Source: Bigelowiella natans CCMP2755
Lineage: Eukaryota > Protista > Cercozoa
Length of the DNA stretch: 64,000 nucleotides
Assembly (NCBI GenBank): GCA_000320545.1
Contig: ADNK01000489.1
Coordinates: forward strand, 1 to 64,000
Reading direction: 5' to 3'
Shown: piece by piece, positions 1-13,791 of the stretch
Layout: each line of letters opens with the position of its first letter
Position numbering within the stretch: position 1 is the first letter of the stretch
The notes under the pieces: generated by a model
Database searches by the model: none
What the model saw: only the letters and a program-made list of their open reading frames with translations
Told to the model about the DNA's origin: nothing
Translations under genes and position numbers: made by a program

Positions 1-49
1 CCCCCCCCCCCCCCCCTCTCTCTCTCTCTCTTATCATATAACTCTTCAG

Positions 50-496
50 GCGATGCGATCCCTGCGAAGGCGCATACAACTACAAAGGCACCCCTGCTCC
101 TCATATCAGTGAAAGGTGCATTACGATGTCGAAGATGGAGGGGCGAAGACACTTCTCTCCTGCTCATGTTTTCAGAGATATGCTTCTTCTTCTACTACTA
201 CTACTACTACAACTACTACTATTACTATTATTTCGCCTTCAGCAACCTTCTTCTCCTTTTTGTAGTAGTATATTCATTTTCGCGACCACAACGTGAGAAG
301 GAAAGAACGCTGACGTAGTGTAAAAAACGCACACAGGGATTGACGAAGTATCTGCATTTTGTGTTCTCACGGGTGTCTGCAGAGCTGTCTTTCAAGGTGG
401 TGGTGGTGGTGGTGGTGGCGTGCTGTTTGTAGTGGTTGGCCATCAATAGCAACGAGGAGGAAATCATCAATCATCACCATCTCTCACTAGTGTAGC

Positions 497-532
<36 letters not shown>

Positions 533-1067
533 TTCATTGAATCATCATCCGGATCATGCTCTCCCGTCCCCCCCTCCCATCCCGTCCCATTGTACCTGCT
601 CTAGGTCATCGGAACGAGCTTTTTCCTTGGCAACATGGGAAATTGGACGAAGGTACATGAGGTGGGGTCAGTGGGGGTGGGTAGGTATTTTCCCGATGAA
701 CAAGCTACATTGAATGATGATGCACATGTATATGTGTTCTCAACTGTTATCTGTCGTATTTTAGATACGACGGAGCCCGAAATCCTCCAGCTTGGCGGTC
801 AGGAGATCACCCGCCAATTCAAAGGATTCTCTGGTAGTAAATAACACCCAGCCCCCCTCTCTTTCTTTTGTGTGTGTACGTGTGTGTGTGTGTGTGCGCG
901 CGCGCGCGCTTTTCCTCTACGATGTTATGAGTTTGTCTGAGGCTGTCGTCTGCGCCATTGTTCTGTCGCTCGATCCGTGCTCTTTGGCTGTCTAGTTTTG
1001 CGCTCATACTCACATTATCCTGCATGTGCTTTAGCAATCATTTCCCAGGAAGAATCACAGATCCTCG

Positions 1068-1099
<32 letters not shown>

Positions 1100-1431
1100 T
1101 AGGAGTAATTGAGTTTAATGGAGGATGAAAATGCTGGGGATCGATCAATGAGATCGATGAGTGAGGATGGGGCAACAACACAAAGAACAACATGTCAAAC
1201 ACACACACACACACACACCATCATTATCATCATCATCATCATCATCATTTTACTGTTTCGCCGTGGTAGTAGTCTGCCATCATTAACAGCACCTCATCTC
1301 ACCTCCTCAGCCTAGCTTCTTCTAACATCTCTCTCTCCCTCTCTCTCAAATTTTGTAGGTTGTGAATCCCCTCTCCCTTCCCGCTCTTCGTGTCTACGAC
1401 CTCAGGTTGGTTGTGGTTGGTTGGTTGGATC

Positions 1432-1466
<35 letters not shown>

Positions 1467-1705
1467 ACGTGGTACGGTGGAGAATTACATGCATCCGTCT
1501 TCCCGCTAAGGATGATCATATATCTCTGTTGTTATAAGCTTAACCTCCTCCTTGTAGGGAGAGCAGGAGAGAGAGACGGCTCGTGTGCAGTATTTTGTTA
1601 GATGATGACCACATGGAAATTATTCATTTTGTTGAAGGGAATGGGGCCTTCTGGGTGGTTGCCGCCGCTACTGCAACAACTGCAATTCTAAGACTCTCTC
1701 CCCCC

Positions 1706-1741
<36 letters not shown>

Positions 1742-2716
1742 TTCTCGCGTGATCGTGGCAGATTCTCCGGTTTCACGGACAGATTCGGACAAGAGCTGTC
1801 CAGACAAGTACGTCAATCATCGCAGCATATCAACGGGTGTTATGACACGTCAAATATGAATAAAGCAGGTACCGCAACTGAGCTCCGACTTCAAAGGAAT
1901 CAACGCATTCTTGCTGCATGAGCGGAGGGGCCTATTCACAGCGGGTAGCCACCACTCGTGCGTTCATTTTACACGATAGATAGAAGAGAAGAGAAGAGAT
2001 TTGCGTACGCACGGAACATGCAGGAGAATGTGCATAACAGAAGTAGCACTAGTAGCAGCGTACCACCACTACCGCTACCATAGACACTGACAACTCATTC
2101 GTATCATCCACAGGGCAAGATCATATTATTCGATTCTGGCATCTCCAGAACCTGGAGTCCTCTCGCAGGATAACACGTGACTTCATCGGCCCTTACAGCA
2201 CACGATATAGCCGGAGGTGAGGAAGGCTGTTGGTTGTGTGGGGATTGTATATGTGTAGGAGGACATGTGGCGTTCCGACTACTCGGTGACGATGATGGTG
2301 ATGGCGATGGTGGTGATGATGACAATGATGTGGGTACAGCCCCTCCCGCCTGTGTCCCCCCCCCCCTCCTCACCCCTTGTTGATGATGATGATGTTGTTG
2401 TACCCAGAATTGAAAATTCGACCCCCGTTTACGAGGAACAGCTTTTGCGGCACCTGGACGCCTCACATGTAAGTAGTCGTACATGATTCCAATCCTTCCC
2501 TTCCCCCCCCCCCACCCCCCACTACTTGAGAAGCAACCGTCAGCTGTAGTGTTATGATGTAGTTTGTATGTCATGTGCTACTTCTATCAGGATCAAGCAA
2601 CTACGTCAAGGAAAGCTAGGCGGCTACCGAAGGGTATTCATCATTTTTACACGTCAAAAAACATCGTTTGTGTCAGCAGCAGCGGCGGCGCGGCGGCGGT
2701 GGTGATGATGGTGTGA
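50..2716 (+). CDS. 3' part of an intron-rich gene of unknown function (begins before the window; exon structure approximate)
   Basis: Series of short complex-sequence blocks bounded by AG and GT (e.g. 605-652, 765-832, 1359-1405, 2408-2468) separated by microsatellite-filled introns; no recognisable domain, reading frame partly ambiguous. Confidence 0.4.
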
Positions 2717-3219
2717 ATCTCTCTCTGCATGTTTTGATCGTTATTCTGTCTTGCCTTCTTCCGCTGCTCTCCAAATTTACAGGGCCAATGTCTACTGCGA
2801 AGTCTCACAAGGCACGAATCACAGGTGAGGCTGGTGTTTCTTGCCCCCTCCTCTCTCAACATTGGATACAGCACTTGAAATTAGGATGTAGCAAAAGTCC
2901 TTTGATAATCTCCACTAAGAACTCGTAAATAATTTTTCAGATCTCAAAGCAATCGAGCATCCGATGAGATTGCTCGTGTCTGCTGATGCGAGGGGTGTGA
3001 TTAAAGTTTGGAGGTGAGGCGAGACGTCGAAGCAGCCCCTGAATACGCTATGATTATGCCATGGATGGTTAATTATTATAAACACTGATATAAACGGTAC
3101 GCAATCCGAATTATTGTGGTTGCTTTGAGTTACAAAAACAAGACTGTTAACATGCATGCATGATGTGCTGGAAACTGCGCTTTCTGACAATCAATTTATG
3201 CACCTTTTGCATCTTTGCA

Positions 3220-4165
3220 GCTAGCATAGTGAAACTACATGAAAATCTAGAAAAGCAATATCAAGATGTGTAATCATGAGAGCCCAACACCCCTGCTAGC
3301 CTGGCTAGCTGGCATTTTAAGTTGCACATGCATGTCTGGACTACCTTAATGATGTGTCCCTCTAGTCTAGTCCTAGCCACATCTAGACTCAGACAACTAG
3401 ACACACACACACACACATGCACATTTCTAGAATTCAGACATCTATACATGCTAGCATGCACTGCTAGACTGGATGCAATAACATACTAACTAGCTAGTAT
3501 GGCATGTGTCATGCAGTCGACGCACGCTGTCACTACTAGACTTGTAGCTCGTGGCTTACTAACTAGATGGCTAGATGGACTAGCTAGCTAGACACAAGAA
3601 CGACACACACGCAATGATGGCAATGCATGTGCACATCTAGACATGCTCTAGCTAGCTAGCACTCATGAACACTCTATCACATTCTAGCATTGCGCAGCTA
3701 TAGAGCTGCTATCCACATTTGTAGTCAGTAGCTAGGTAGGCGCGCATTGTCCTAGATTCAGGTGCTTGCTAGCTTGCTAGCTTGTGCTAGCTTGTGCTAT
3801 ATACACGCAGATGAGATGAAGACTAACTCGCTAGCTCGTTGTCCACATTTCTACTGGGACGTGCATGACGAACATCATTCTATACTGGCATTCACTATCT
3901 AACTGGATGCATTTGACATTTGCCATGCACCCTGCTAGCCTGTCTAGTTGTGTTATTGCAATGTCTAGCTAGCTAGATGTTCAATTTTCACCAATTTCTT
4001 GTGCTGCATCGCTAAATCGTATCAGCGCGATGTGATCGAGAAAAAAGTATGTGATGTGTCTAGATGGACACGTCTGGACGTCCATGTGATCTTTGCGTGC
4101 ATGTGCAGCGAAATTTCATATGTCATACACATCGCAGATCTAGACATGCATGTGAACAAACTAGA
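3220..4165. repeat. CTAG/CATG/TGCA-rich degenerate intergenic tract between convergent genes
   Basis: About 35-40 CTAG in ~950 bp by manual count, with GCTAGCTAGC runs and GCTTGCTA repeats. Confidence 0.8.
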
Positions 4166-4203
4166 TGAAAGTTCGCCGCTTGGCAGTATATGTTGTACAT
4201 TAC

Positions 4204-7200
4204 TTAAATCGAATCAATTTTCAAATCATTGTTCTCACACAGGGATGATTCATTTTGAAAACTCATTTGTGTCACAGTGGATGTTATTGGGACTAGCTTG
4301 TCTTTTACGGTGCAATTCGAAGTTGTCAAAATCATGCGATTTCGCGTACCTTCAACACCAAACGAGCGACTAGCTGGGACACCATTCCAGTGCTCATGTT
4401 CGCCGATATTTCTGTTTAGAACCTTACTGAAGGAGTGCAATCGCGAGTAGGGACCAATGAAACCAGGGTTCATATATGAGAATGGTCCAAGGACCGTACC
4501 AATGCCTATCTTTGTTTCACCATGCTTCAGTCTGAAATTTTGAAACACATGGCCTGTAACCTGAGCTCTGTCTAGAACTGCGTGCTTTCCAATCTTGATT
4601 AAGTCCATCTCAAAAAGCAATTCATCGGTCATAAGCAATGCAGTTGGATCTATGCTAGCCCCAAGAGAACGAAAGTAGAATATTTGTAATAAAGTTCCAT
4701 TGAGGATGTGGCCAATAGTGTGTTGGACTGTCAAAGCGAAATCCATAACACGCTTAACAGCACTAAAACGTAGTTGTGCACCGAGTGTGGTGAAACATCT
4801 AATGTTGTGCGTTTCAGATCGCAATTGACATGCAAAAATCCACTTATGCAAAATGTGCGATATAAAAACAGCAAATGCCCAGATCAAGAGGAATAATCCG
4901 AAAGTCAAAGTGTACGAATTAGGATCTTCAATGTCTCCCCCTATTTCACTGGCAACCTCATATCCTATAACCACGGGTAGGTAGGTAAAAGGAAGAGTGA
5001 AAACTCCGAAAAGGCTTATTAAACAGCAAAAGCTAACTTTCCGAAGTAACTTTTCACACGACGACATTGACTCCAAATCTTTCTCATCCTGCTCCATCGT
5101 GGTCCGAGCTTCTTTGGATAGCATCATGATCTGTGGCTTTTGATTTATTGCCTGATAATAGTGTCCAATGTACGTTCTTCCTGATTGTACTCGAAGTTTC
5201 ATCTCATTTGGCAGACACTTTTCCAATTTTCTTTCCAAATCTATTGATTCAAGTTGCAGTTCTTCTTCATTTTCTTCATTCCTCTCGATGAACGATTCAG
5301 GCAACATCTTTCCTTTGACTGTTGTTTCAGGGCCCCTAAGGTTTTTAATATCAACAACTGTCATTTTATCGTCATCATAAAGTGAAAGCGAGCCACGAAT
5401 ACAGGACATCCAGGCAACGGAGCTCTCACTTTCTAAAGTAACATTACCCTCGATGACTGTGCGGAAGCCTATAGAGCAATTTTTCCCCACTTGAATTAGC
5501 CCTTTCAGATTGTATCCCTCCAAGGTTTCCGTATCGGGAGAAAACGAGCATGCAGAAACAAACGCTCCATCCTCAATTGTGACCAAGTGAGCATCCTCAA
5601 TGTGCACCAGAAGCAAGTTTATGCTGATTGCTCCATCATCAACCTTCATTCCGAGTGCCCGTAGGAACAAGTTGGTCGATTGAATTGTACCAAAAAGGAT
5701 GGAGACAGGATAACTGTATATCACAGTTGTAACAAGGCCAAGAAACCATCTGCGCCAATTGGTGAAGTTTGTCGGCCTGTAGATTCCTGGCTTAACATTC
5801 CCAGCTATTAACCATTTGAGTAACACCGTAAAAGGGATCAAAGTTAAGGCCGCTCCAACCCAGATAGTAGTAAAAAAAATAAGGAGGAAATATTTTTCAT
5901 TAAGGGGAAAGATCGAAGGAGCATACCAATGTGGCATATTATCGAACAAACAAGCCTGAAATGGATCGATCCACCAGAATACCCATATAGATGGAACGGC
6001 AAGAAAACTGAATAAAATTGGAAGAAAGAACAATGTCGCAAGTTTAATTGCTTCAAGAGGTAATTGTCCCCATGCCGAAGAGTGACGACGCTTGTATCTC
6101 TTCGGATAGTATCTCAATGGATTTCCGTACCAAATTCCCGCTTTTAGACTCGACCCCATCGGTACTTTAGTGTTCGGTTCTACTGTCGAGTTCGTATCAA
6201 TTAGAGTATTCGGTTCAACCACACAATTGGCCTTAAGCTTGGATAATTTTTTTATCTTAATCTCACCTAGGACGAGGGTGTTTCGATCCTCAAATAGGCG
6301 ACATAGAATGTTTCCATTAATGGAGGCATTTGCTCCAATTTCAATGAGGTCAGGTTCCCGCAGAAATGTCGCTATAGATGAAGTCCATGATATCTTTGCA
6401 CCAAGCATCTTGTAGAATAAGATGATAAGCTTGGTGTCAAGAATGAATATCCCAATCAAAGTTTCCCAAATCTGGAGCATACGATCCATGTACCACCAGC
6501 GAAATCCCCACAGACTATTAAATTTACGTTTTCCAGCAGTGTATCGACCGATCACGATCCATTTTAGACACACCACTGCAACACTGAAGACAACAGCCCA
6601 TAGGCTAACCACTTGGGCAAGAAATATTCCAAATGTTCTTGCGCTGCAAACAGCGAACGTGGCATCTACTTGAATGTCTTGATCGTATATACCGACATTG
6701 ATATAACTCCAAGGTTCTGAAAGATTCGAAGCAAAATTGCCAAGATGATAAATTGGAATCGCACAAGCTGAGCCGATGAAAAAGAATGACGCGACGGCAA
6801 AGAGCTCACCAACAACTCTCAAAGAATAGTACCACCAACTACGCTGATTTTCTGATAACATCTCTGGTTTTTTGACCTCGTATACATCTGATGAAGCTTG
6901 TTGTCTCCAGTTCAAATCTGTCTGCAGTTTGTTCTCATCCTTTGCTAAAGGTGCTTGGATCATATGCCTTTTTTCGATGTTGAAGTCTCTTCCGTCAAGC
7001 ATTTCTTCCGTTAAGACACATGCTTCGGAGCTTCCTTCATCTCTCGGCAGAAATCGGGTTCCATTTTGCCAGTTTAGAGTCTTATGAATACGGCAGTGTT
7101 TGAGGCAATGACTCGTCACCATGTCCGTAAGTGTATTTGGACTCATGCGCAACAGCATCATGCTAGATGCTAGATGGAGACCGAAGCTATCTCTGAGTGC

Positions 7201-9510
7201 TGCAGCAATTTCTACCAGTTGCAGGGAGTCTATCAAGCTTCCGAACTCATCGTTACCGTTTTCTTTCCAATCAAAACCCGAGCCTAATGCTATATTCAAT
7301 GCTTCCTTGAAATCTAATTGAGAGTCCACAGAATGAAATTTAAAATCATCAGTTTCCGCCACCTTAGTGCTCTGCACATCTGTTATTTGTTTCACTGCAA
7401 ACCAACTTTCTCCTGGCCAATAAATGGTTTGAAGAGATTTTCCTAGATAAAGCTTCCTCGCTTCAGACCTCCGCAATTTTCCACTCGAGGTTTTTGGTAG
7501 CGTCCTTTCTTTTATTAGAACAACGTCTTTGAGCCGGACTCCCTCCGAAGATTTTACTGCAATCTTGAGATTCGTGGCAATCCCAGCGAGCGTGACACCT
7601 TAAAAAAAAATATTGCATGGAATATGGTTACACAGGGAAGATGAGAGGTGACACAATAGCACGAGACCTAGCCTATTGAGCTCGTTCTTATGTCGAACTT
7701 CTGAGACCATAACAGCTTCCTCTGTTCCTCCTTTTCCAGGTATAGAAAACACAATTGTGCATCCAGGTCGGACTCCAATTACCACATCAGCAGCTGTCTC
7801 CAAATCCTTTGGAGCGTAATTCTTTCCACGAATAATAATCAGGTCCTTTATACGAGAAACGAAGTATAAATGTTCTTTCTCCATGTACCCAACATCGCCA
7901 GTCCTAAGCCAATTTCCAGTCTCTGAGGATGAGGCTTGTGTGATTTTAGCCTGGAAAGTAGCTACAGTTTTCTCCTTGTTTCCCCAGTAGCCCATTGTGA
8001 CAGATGGTGATTGAACCCATATCTCTCCCTCAGACCCATCCTTCACGACCCGGCAGGTTTCTGCATCGACAATACGGCATTTCGACCCAATTCTGGCTAG
8101 TTCCTCATCCCAAATGCCACAACATACCCGCCTTGGATCACGTTTGGAATAAGACCTTCTACGCACACAAGGGTCACAGTTGATTGACACAACATGCTCT
8201 GCCATTCCATAGCAACTGACTATTGTCTGCTTCGGAAGCTGAAACTGCGAACAAAAGAAGTTTTCAAAATTTTCGAAAGTCTTCCGTTGATTTTCCTCCC
8301 CACCGGCTCCAATATAATCGATCATCTTCAAATCAAAGCCATCAGGAACAGGTAGATTTCGCCATTTTCTCAGCACGAGATCAAAAGCAAAGTTTGGTAC
8401 AAAAGAGTAGTTACAGTTGTATCGCCAAAAACTATGCAACCACAAAGGTGGAGACTTCAAAAATGAAAAAGGGCTCATAAAGTACCCGCTTCCTCCTACG
8501 AATGGAGTGCGGAGATAACACAATATCAGTCCCATGTCGTGATATTGGGGAAGCCAACACATTGCTCGATTGCCTTCATCCATACCCCGAGCTCGAAATC
8601 TTCGTCCAGCACACACAGAGGTTAAATTCAGATTGTGAATTAAATTGGCGTATGTTATCATTACTCCCTGCAGAAAAAAAACTTATTTGATCAATTCTTC
8701 CCTTTTCAGTCATGCTTGCTTACCTTCGGATCACCAGTCGATCCGCTGGTGTATTGCAAAAAGGCTAATCCTGAAGTATTATTCATGGTGTCCTTATCTT
8801 CCTTGTCTTTGATGTCGTGATAACATCTCCCAAAATGTTCCGAGTTCGTGTGGAGTTTGATTTCATCAGAATTGACCCAGCTTATCACAGGCCACTTCCT
8901 TCCTAGTTTCAGTTTTAATTTCCATATGTTGCATGTAAATTTCCTAATTTAGGTTTCCAGAAAAGAATATTTCATAATGTTTGACAGTCTAATAGATAAC
9001 ATCTTTAGATACCGGTGGGAGAGAACTAATTTTGCCTGGCAGTTGTCAATTATATATTGCATCTTCTGAACGCTAAAATTAAAATAATAAATGCCATCAA
9101 TATCTAGAATCGAATCGGGCAGAGTAGAACCTGTAAGCGAGACGGCCGGGATTCGGTGGATAAATGGGCACAGCCACAACTCCAGCTATCAGACATCCCA
9201 AAAATGCCTGCGAACGACGAAGGAAACCAATCAGCCTTTGCTAAAATATGATTCACCTTGACAGACACAAAATAACCTGGATGAAGTCTAGACTGAAATC
9301 GTAGCACAGTATTACTCGATCTCCGGTTCGAAGATTACGGTCTTGATGTAGATGTAGGGCGATGTTGTTAGCGTGTTTCCATACTTGCTTGTAGCTTAAC
9401 TCTCTGGTTACATCGCCGCGGTCGTTTAACCAAGCGTAAAGAAGCTCATCTCTTTTCTTCTTAACATTCTGCCAGATGACATCCAGGAATTCCTTTCGCT
9501 TATGCACCAT
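4204..9510 (-). CDS. Fatty acyl-AMP ligase (FAAL) + acyl carrier domain + Pls/PosA-type membrane terminal module (TM segments alternating with hexapeptide-repeat domains); multi-exon, start approximate
   Basis: Motifs LAFLQYTSGSTGDPKGVM, WLPQYHDMGL, YGMAEH, WLRTGD, DLIIIRGKNYAP, LPKTSSGKLRR; carrier DSL motif (IDSLQLVEIAAALRDSFG); three repeats of KW-I-G...LGAKI...DLIxIG...WxGxP; splice junctions checked at 7599-7667 keep frame. Confidence 0.88.
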
Positions 9511-10503
9511 TTGGAACTTCACCTTCGGCTGCCTGGCTCGCACAATCCAGATGTGAGCACAGGAAGCGCCCGTTTTGTTCGCATTTAGTGCCCTTTAATT
9601 CAGTAGTACGTCAACACTTTTAAACACTTGTCGTAAGACAAAAACCTCACTGGATCACTGGTCTTGGTACTCGTTCCAAATCGTCATTTCCGAAGTAAAA
9701 CAAGCGAGTTTTACTCGATTTTGACTCTGCGACCTCAAAGCTGTGCATTGAAGTTGAAATTTCACTCTGATATCACTTGATATCCAATTTATCATTTAAA
9801 AGCGATTGATTTGAAGCCTGCGACATGTAGATTGTAGTGAATTCACTCAATGATTCTTTTTGGTGCTGTGAACCGGCGGAACCCAAGTGTGCCGCATGAA
9901 ACGAGGCGCGCGTCTGCAAGAGATCTAGTCTTGAACACTCAGCAGCTCATTCTTGCGAAAAGCTGTCAAGTAACGTAGTCTTCCAAGACCAAGTTTCAGC
10001 GTCAACACAGGGGGTTTTCAGGCTTCGGCGAAGATCGGTTGCTCCTAAGATTCACGTTCGACATGGAAACATTAGATGTAAGAGTAGCAGAATATCTATG
10101 CCTGCGTCTTGCTCCAACAACCAAAAAAATGCAAATTGCCCTTGACATTTTGATAAAATTCATCTAAATTTGTGCTTCATTATGTATGAACTCTGGCATT
10201 GAATGGATGCTTGGTCTTGCATGATCTTACATTACTCTTACACACGATTCAAGACAAAATCGTCCAAGACGAAGTCACGCATCAGGAAGTGGACGATGAA
10301 GGCGAGCATCGGGGACTTTCGTCAACCGTCATACGTTTAAACCTGCTTTCGTGGAGAACAAACGGCGTTTTGGAAGTCCTGCTTCGACCAAGATTCTCTT
10401 CATAGGCTCTCACTTTTCAAACTGCGCAAAATCCGTCCGCCAGGTGACCACCCCATAATCCATCATCTCAACCCTCATAGCTAACGTACCTCTCTGCAAC
10501 AAG

Positions 10504-13069
10504 ATGCGCGTGGCCTCAGTGAGTTCCGTGGAAAATGTCGAAATGAAATTGAGGCAGGAGTCAAAAGACGTTGAGCCCCAAGGTGTACTGTTTAGGCGTT
10601 CGATTGTATGCTAGCAACACTGTTCAACGCTCGTATCAGGTTCCAAAATAGAAGGAATCGATCTGACATGGCATGAGATTTCTGTAAAGACTCCGGCCCC
10701 CGCATCAGGGAAGGGAACTGCACGAATAATTCTTAACAAGGCCAGTGGTGTGTAATGAGGAATGACTTTCATGTCAAACCAGCCTGGAAAATATACAAAA
10801 TTGTCATTCTGTCTAGGCACAATAAAAAAGGGACAGATGTCCGCAATAATGGGACCTAGTGGATCTGGGAAAACGACGTTGATGAGCACTTTAGCGGGAA
10901 GACAGGATTTAGAATGGTCTGGATATACAGCTGCAAATGGGAGCAAAATTGATCCAGTGCAATTCCGAAAGAATATCGCATTTGTTTTACAAGAGGAGTC
11001 TCTCTTTGCGACACAAACGCCGAGAGAAGCTTTAAAGTTCTCAGCTCAACTGAGGCTAACAGGAGAAGTAAAACCAATATTTTTGTTTTTATTCAAGAGA
11101 CAAGATGAAACTGTGTTGCATACTATAGTTGACTGAACAGGAGCAAAATGAACGGGTAGAGAACATTTTGAAAGTCTTAGATCTAGACTCTTGCGCAGAT
11201 TCACTCATTGGAAACGAGTTGATACGAGGATTATCTGGTGGAGAGAAACGTCGTGTCACAATAGGAGTTGAATTCATAACAGACCCCAAAATTTTATTCT
11301 TGGATGAACCTACATCTGGTCTCGACGCAAGCTCAGCCTACAGCGTAGTTCGATCCTTAAAGAGTCTTTGCAGGTATATTTGTAATTACCAACATTGGCA
11401 ACAAATTAAAACATTCAACTAATAATACAGGAGAGGATGTAGTGTTGTGACGACTATCCATCAGCCTTCGTCAGAAGCATTCCATGCATTCGACAAATGT
11501 TTCATTCTTGTTAATGGGGAAACTGTCTACGGAGGATCTATTCCACAACTTAATAAAACATTAATTTCCATTGGTACCCCATGCCCAGCTACTTAAAACC
11601 TAGCCGACCACATCATTACAGTTGTCAAACAGAAGGGGGCCAAAGGTGAAAACGACATAAAGTGCCTGAAGATGGAGTGGCTGAAAATTGCTCCGAATAC
11701 TGAGGTCTCACTCGAGCGAATATATTGGAATTTATCTTCACCTTCGATATTATAATAATCTCAGATCAAAGACACAGGAGATTCCAATTTGAACACGGCC
11801 GCAAAATGCGCTGAGTGAGTCAACCATGTATGCAAAAATAAACCATATGTAGATGAATGTGGATGAAACAATGATCCAGACATGTTGAATATGCTCACTT
11901 CTTTTAGATGTGTAATTGAAGTCAACATTGTCGTATTTTTACATTCTACAAATTATTCATCAATATTTGTAATATGCACAGATTTGAAATGCGTAGTGGG
12001 TTTTTCCAGCAACTCAACGCACTTTTGGTTCGAGACACAAGGCAAAAATTTCTTGTTTAACGTTAATGTGTACATATTTAACATGAGATACTACTAGAAA
12101 CGTCATCCGAGATATAAACACACTTGGATTCCGGGTTGGTGCGACAGTGTTTCTCAACGTGCTGTTTGGAGTTGTTTTCCTTGGAGTTGGTAATGACGAT
12201 GTCATACAAAGCCGATATGGTAAGCATTTAGAAATTATTATTTTCCATAAAGCATCATTTACTCTGTATTACATATGCAGGTGGGTTGCTAATGGTAGCC
12301 ATAAATGCAATGTTTGCAACTTCACAGCCTCAACTAACGTCCTTCGTTATCGAGAGGGGTGCCTTTCTCCGCGAGTTTAGAGTTGGCACATACGGTTGAA
12401 GTTTTGGTGACAGAGTTATGAATATGCTAATGAACTTGTGCGTTAAACAGGGATTGTTCCTTACTTTCTCAGCAAGTTTTTTATCGAGTAAAAACACTTC
12501 AAAGGAAATTATTCACTCCTGATTTAATTATTTTTTAGCGCTGTTATTACGCTTTTTCAAACACTTCTGGGATTGGTTTGTTCGGTGTTTGCGATGAAAC
12601 TCCAAGGAAACTTCTTCGCGATCTGGGGTGCAGTTTACCTTCTTGCAGTCACAGCTCAGTCCTCGACAACATTGATAGGGTATGAGTATGAGTTCATGGT
12701 CATATAGGGTCACAAAAACTACTATCATCTAATCGAATGGTTTTTAGGTGCATGGTAACAAACGTGAAAGATGCTATGGAATTATTTCCACTTGCGTTTG
12801 TGCCGCAGCTACTCTTTGCTGGTTTCTTCGTGCAAATTAACCAGATTCCTGTGTGGTTAAGATGGGCACAATGGGTATGTTCGCTGAAGTATTCTGTTAA
12901 TCTGCTGCTTGTAACTGAATTTACCGAGGACGATGATGAAGTTGATGATCTATTTGACGCGAATGACGTTAAACGAGGCGATGCTTGGTTTTATATACTC
13001 ATGTTGTTCGTGCTGATCATTGTGTTTCGTATTTCCGCTATTTTCGCATTGAACATGCTTGCAAAATAA
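10504..13069 (+). pseudogene. ABCG (White-type) half transporter, multi-exon, with a single in-frame TAA at 11594-11596 (possible recent pseudogene or sequence error)
   Basis: Walker A GPSGSGKTT, signature LSGGEKRRV, Walker B ILFLDEPTSGLD, TIHQPS, C-terminal ABC2 membrane domain (LLFAGFFV...IPVWLRWAQW); CPAT*NLADH where family has CPxxYNPAD; one GC-AG intron 12042-12097. Confidence 0.8.
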
Positions 13070-13791
13070 TCGGTTGACTATCTATTTGTAGTTCTTAGAC
13101 GTCTAAATGTTGATCTACGAAATTTAATCATTGAAAAATGAGTGCTCGATGCAAATTGATATTATCATAGCGTGAAACATCTTGATTTGCAAATATCTAG
13201 GCATGTCTAGATGTACTGGGCTAGTTGCATGTTTAGATCTACTTTTGTCGTTTTTGCTTGTCCATTGAGCTGTTCATCAGCCACATCAATGTCTAGATTG
13301 CAATGGCTCTCTGATCCCTACCTAGCTAGCTTGACCCTGCTGAAGCTGAGATGCACATGGCTAGATCAGCGCACTTGACAGCACTGACCAGCTTCTCCCA
13401 GTCGCGCCCAAGCTGGCAAGTTCTGCGTGCTGGCTCAGAACAATGAACAATGATGATGAACCACGTTTCCAAAGTCTAGAAGTGTTGCAAGACACTTGCA
13501 GTGTGCGAAACACAGTACCTCGAACTAGCTTCAGTGAGGACTGACTGGAGAAGCAGCAGGTTTTTTTTCAAATTGTCGTCTGGCCATCATGCCAGCATGG
13601 AACAACACAACTGACAGCGATGTGGCGGCGACGCAAAGCATCTGCTCTGAGCAGGAACTTCCTGAAGGCTGCATCTGCACGATGATCTACGTTCAGATCC
13701 GAGGGGGCACCCAGCAGACTCTGCAGCGGTGGAGCTCGAAAACTGAAGGGGGCGCGCGCAGCTGTGAGTCGGTGACACATTGGCAGAGCTG

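Noticed and set aside
109-2574. Short ORFs with poly-Y, poly-H, CV or LS runs (here and in other introns)
   Set aside because: Translations of intronic microsatellites
11594-11596. Genetic code reassignment TAA=Tyr
   Set aside because: Other genes here end normally at TAA (4204, 13067, 50497) and long ORFs have no internal TAA
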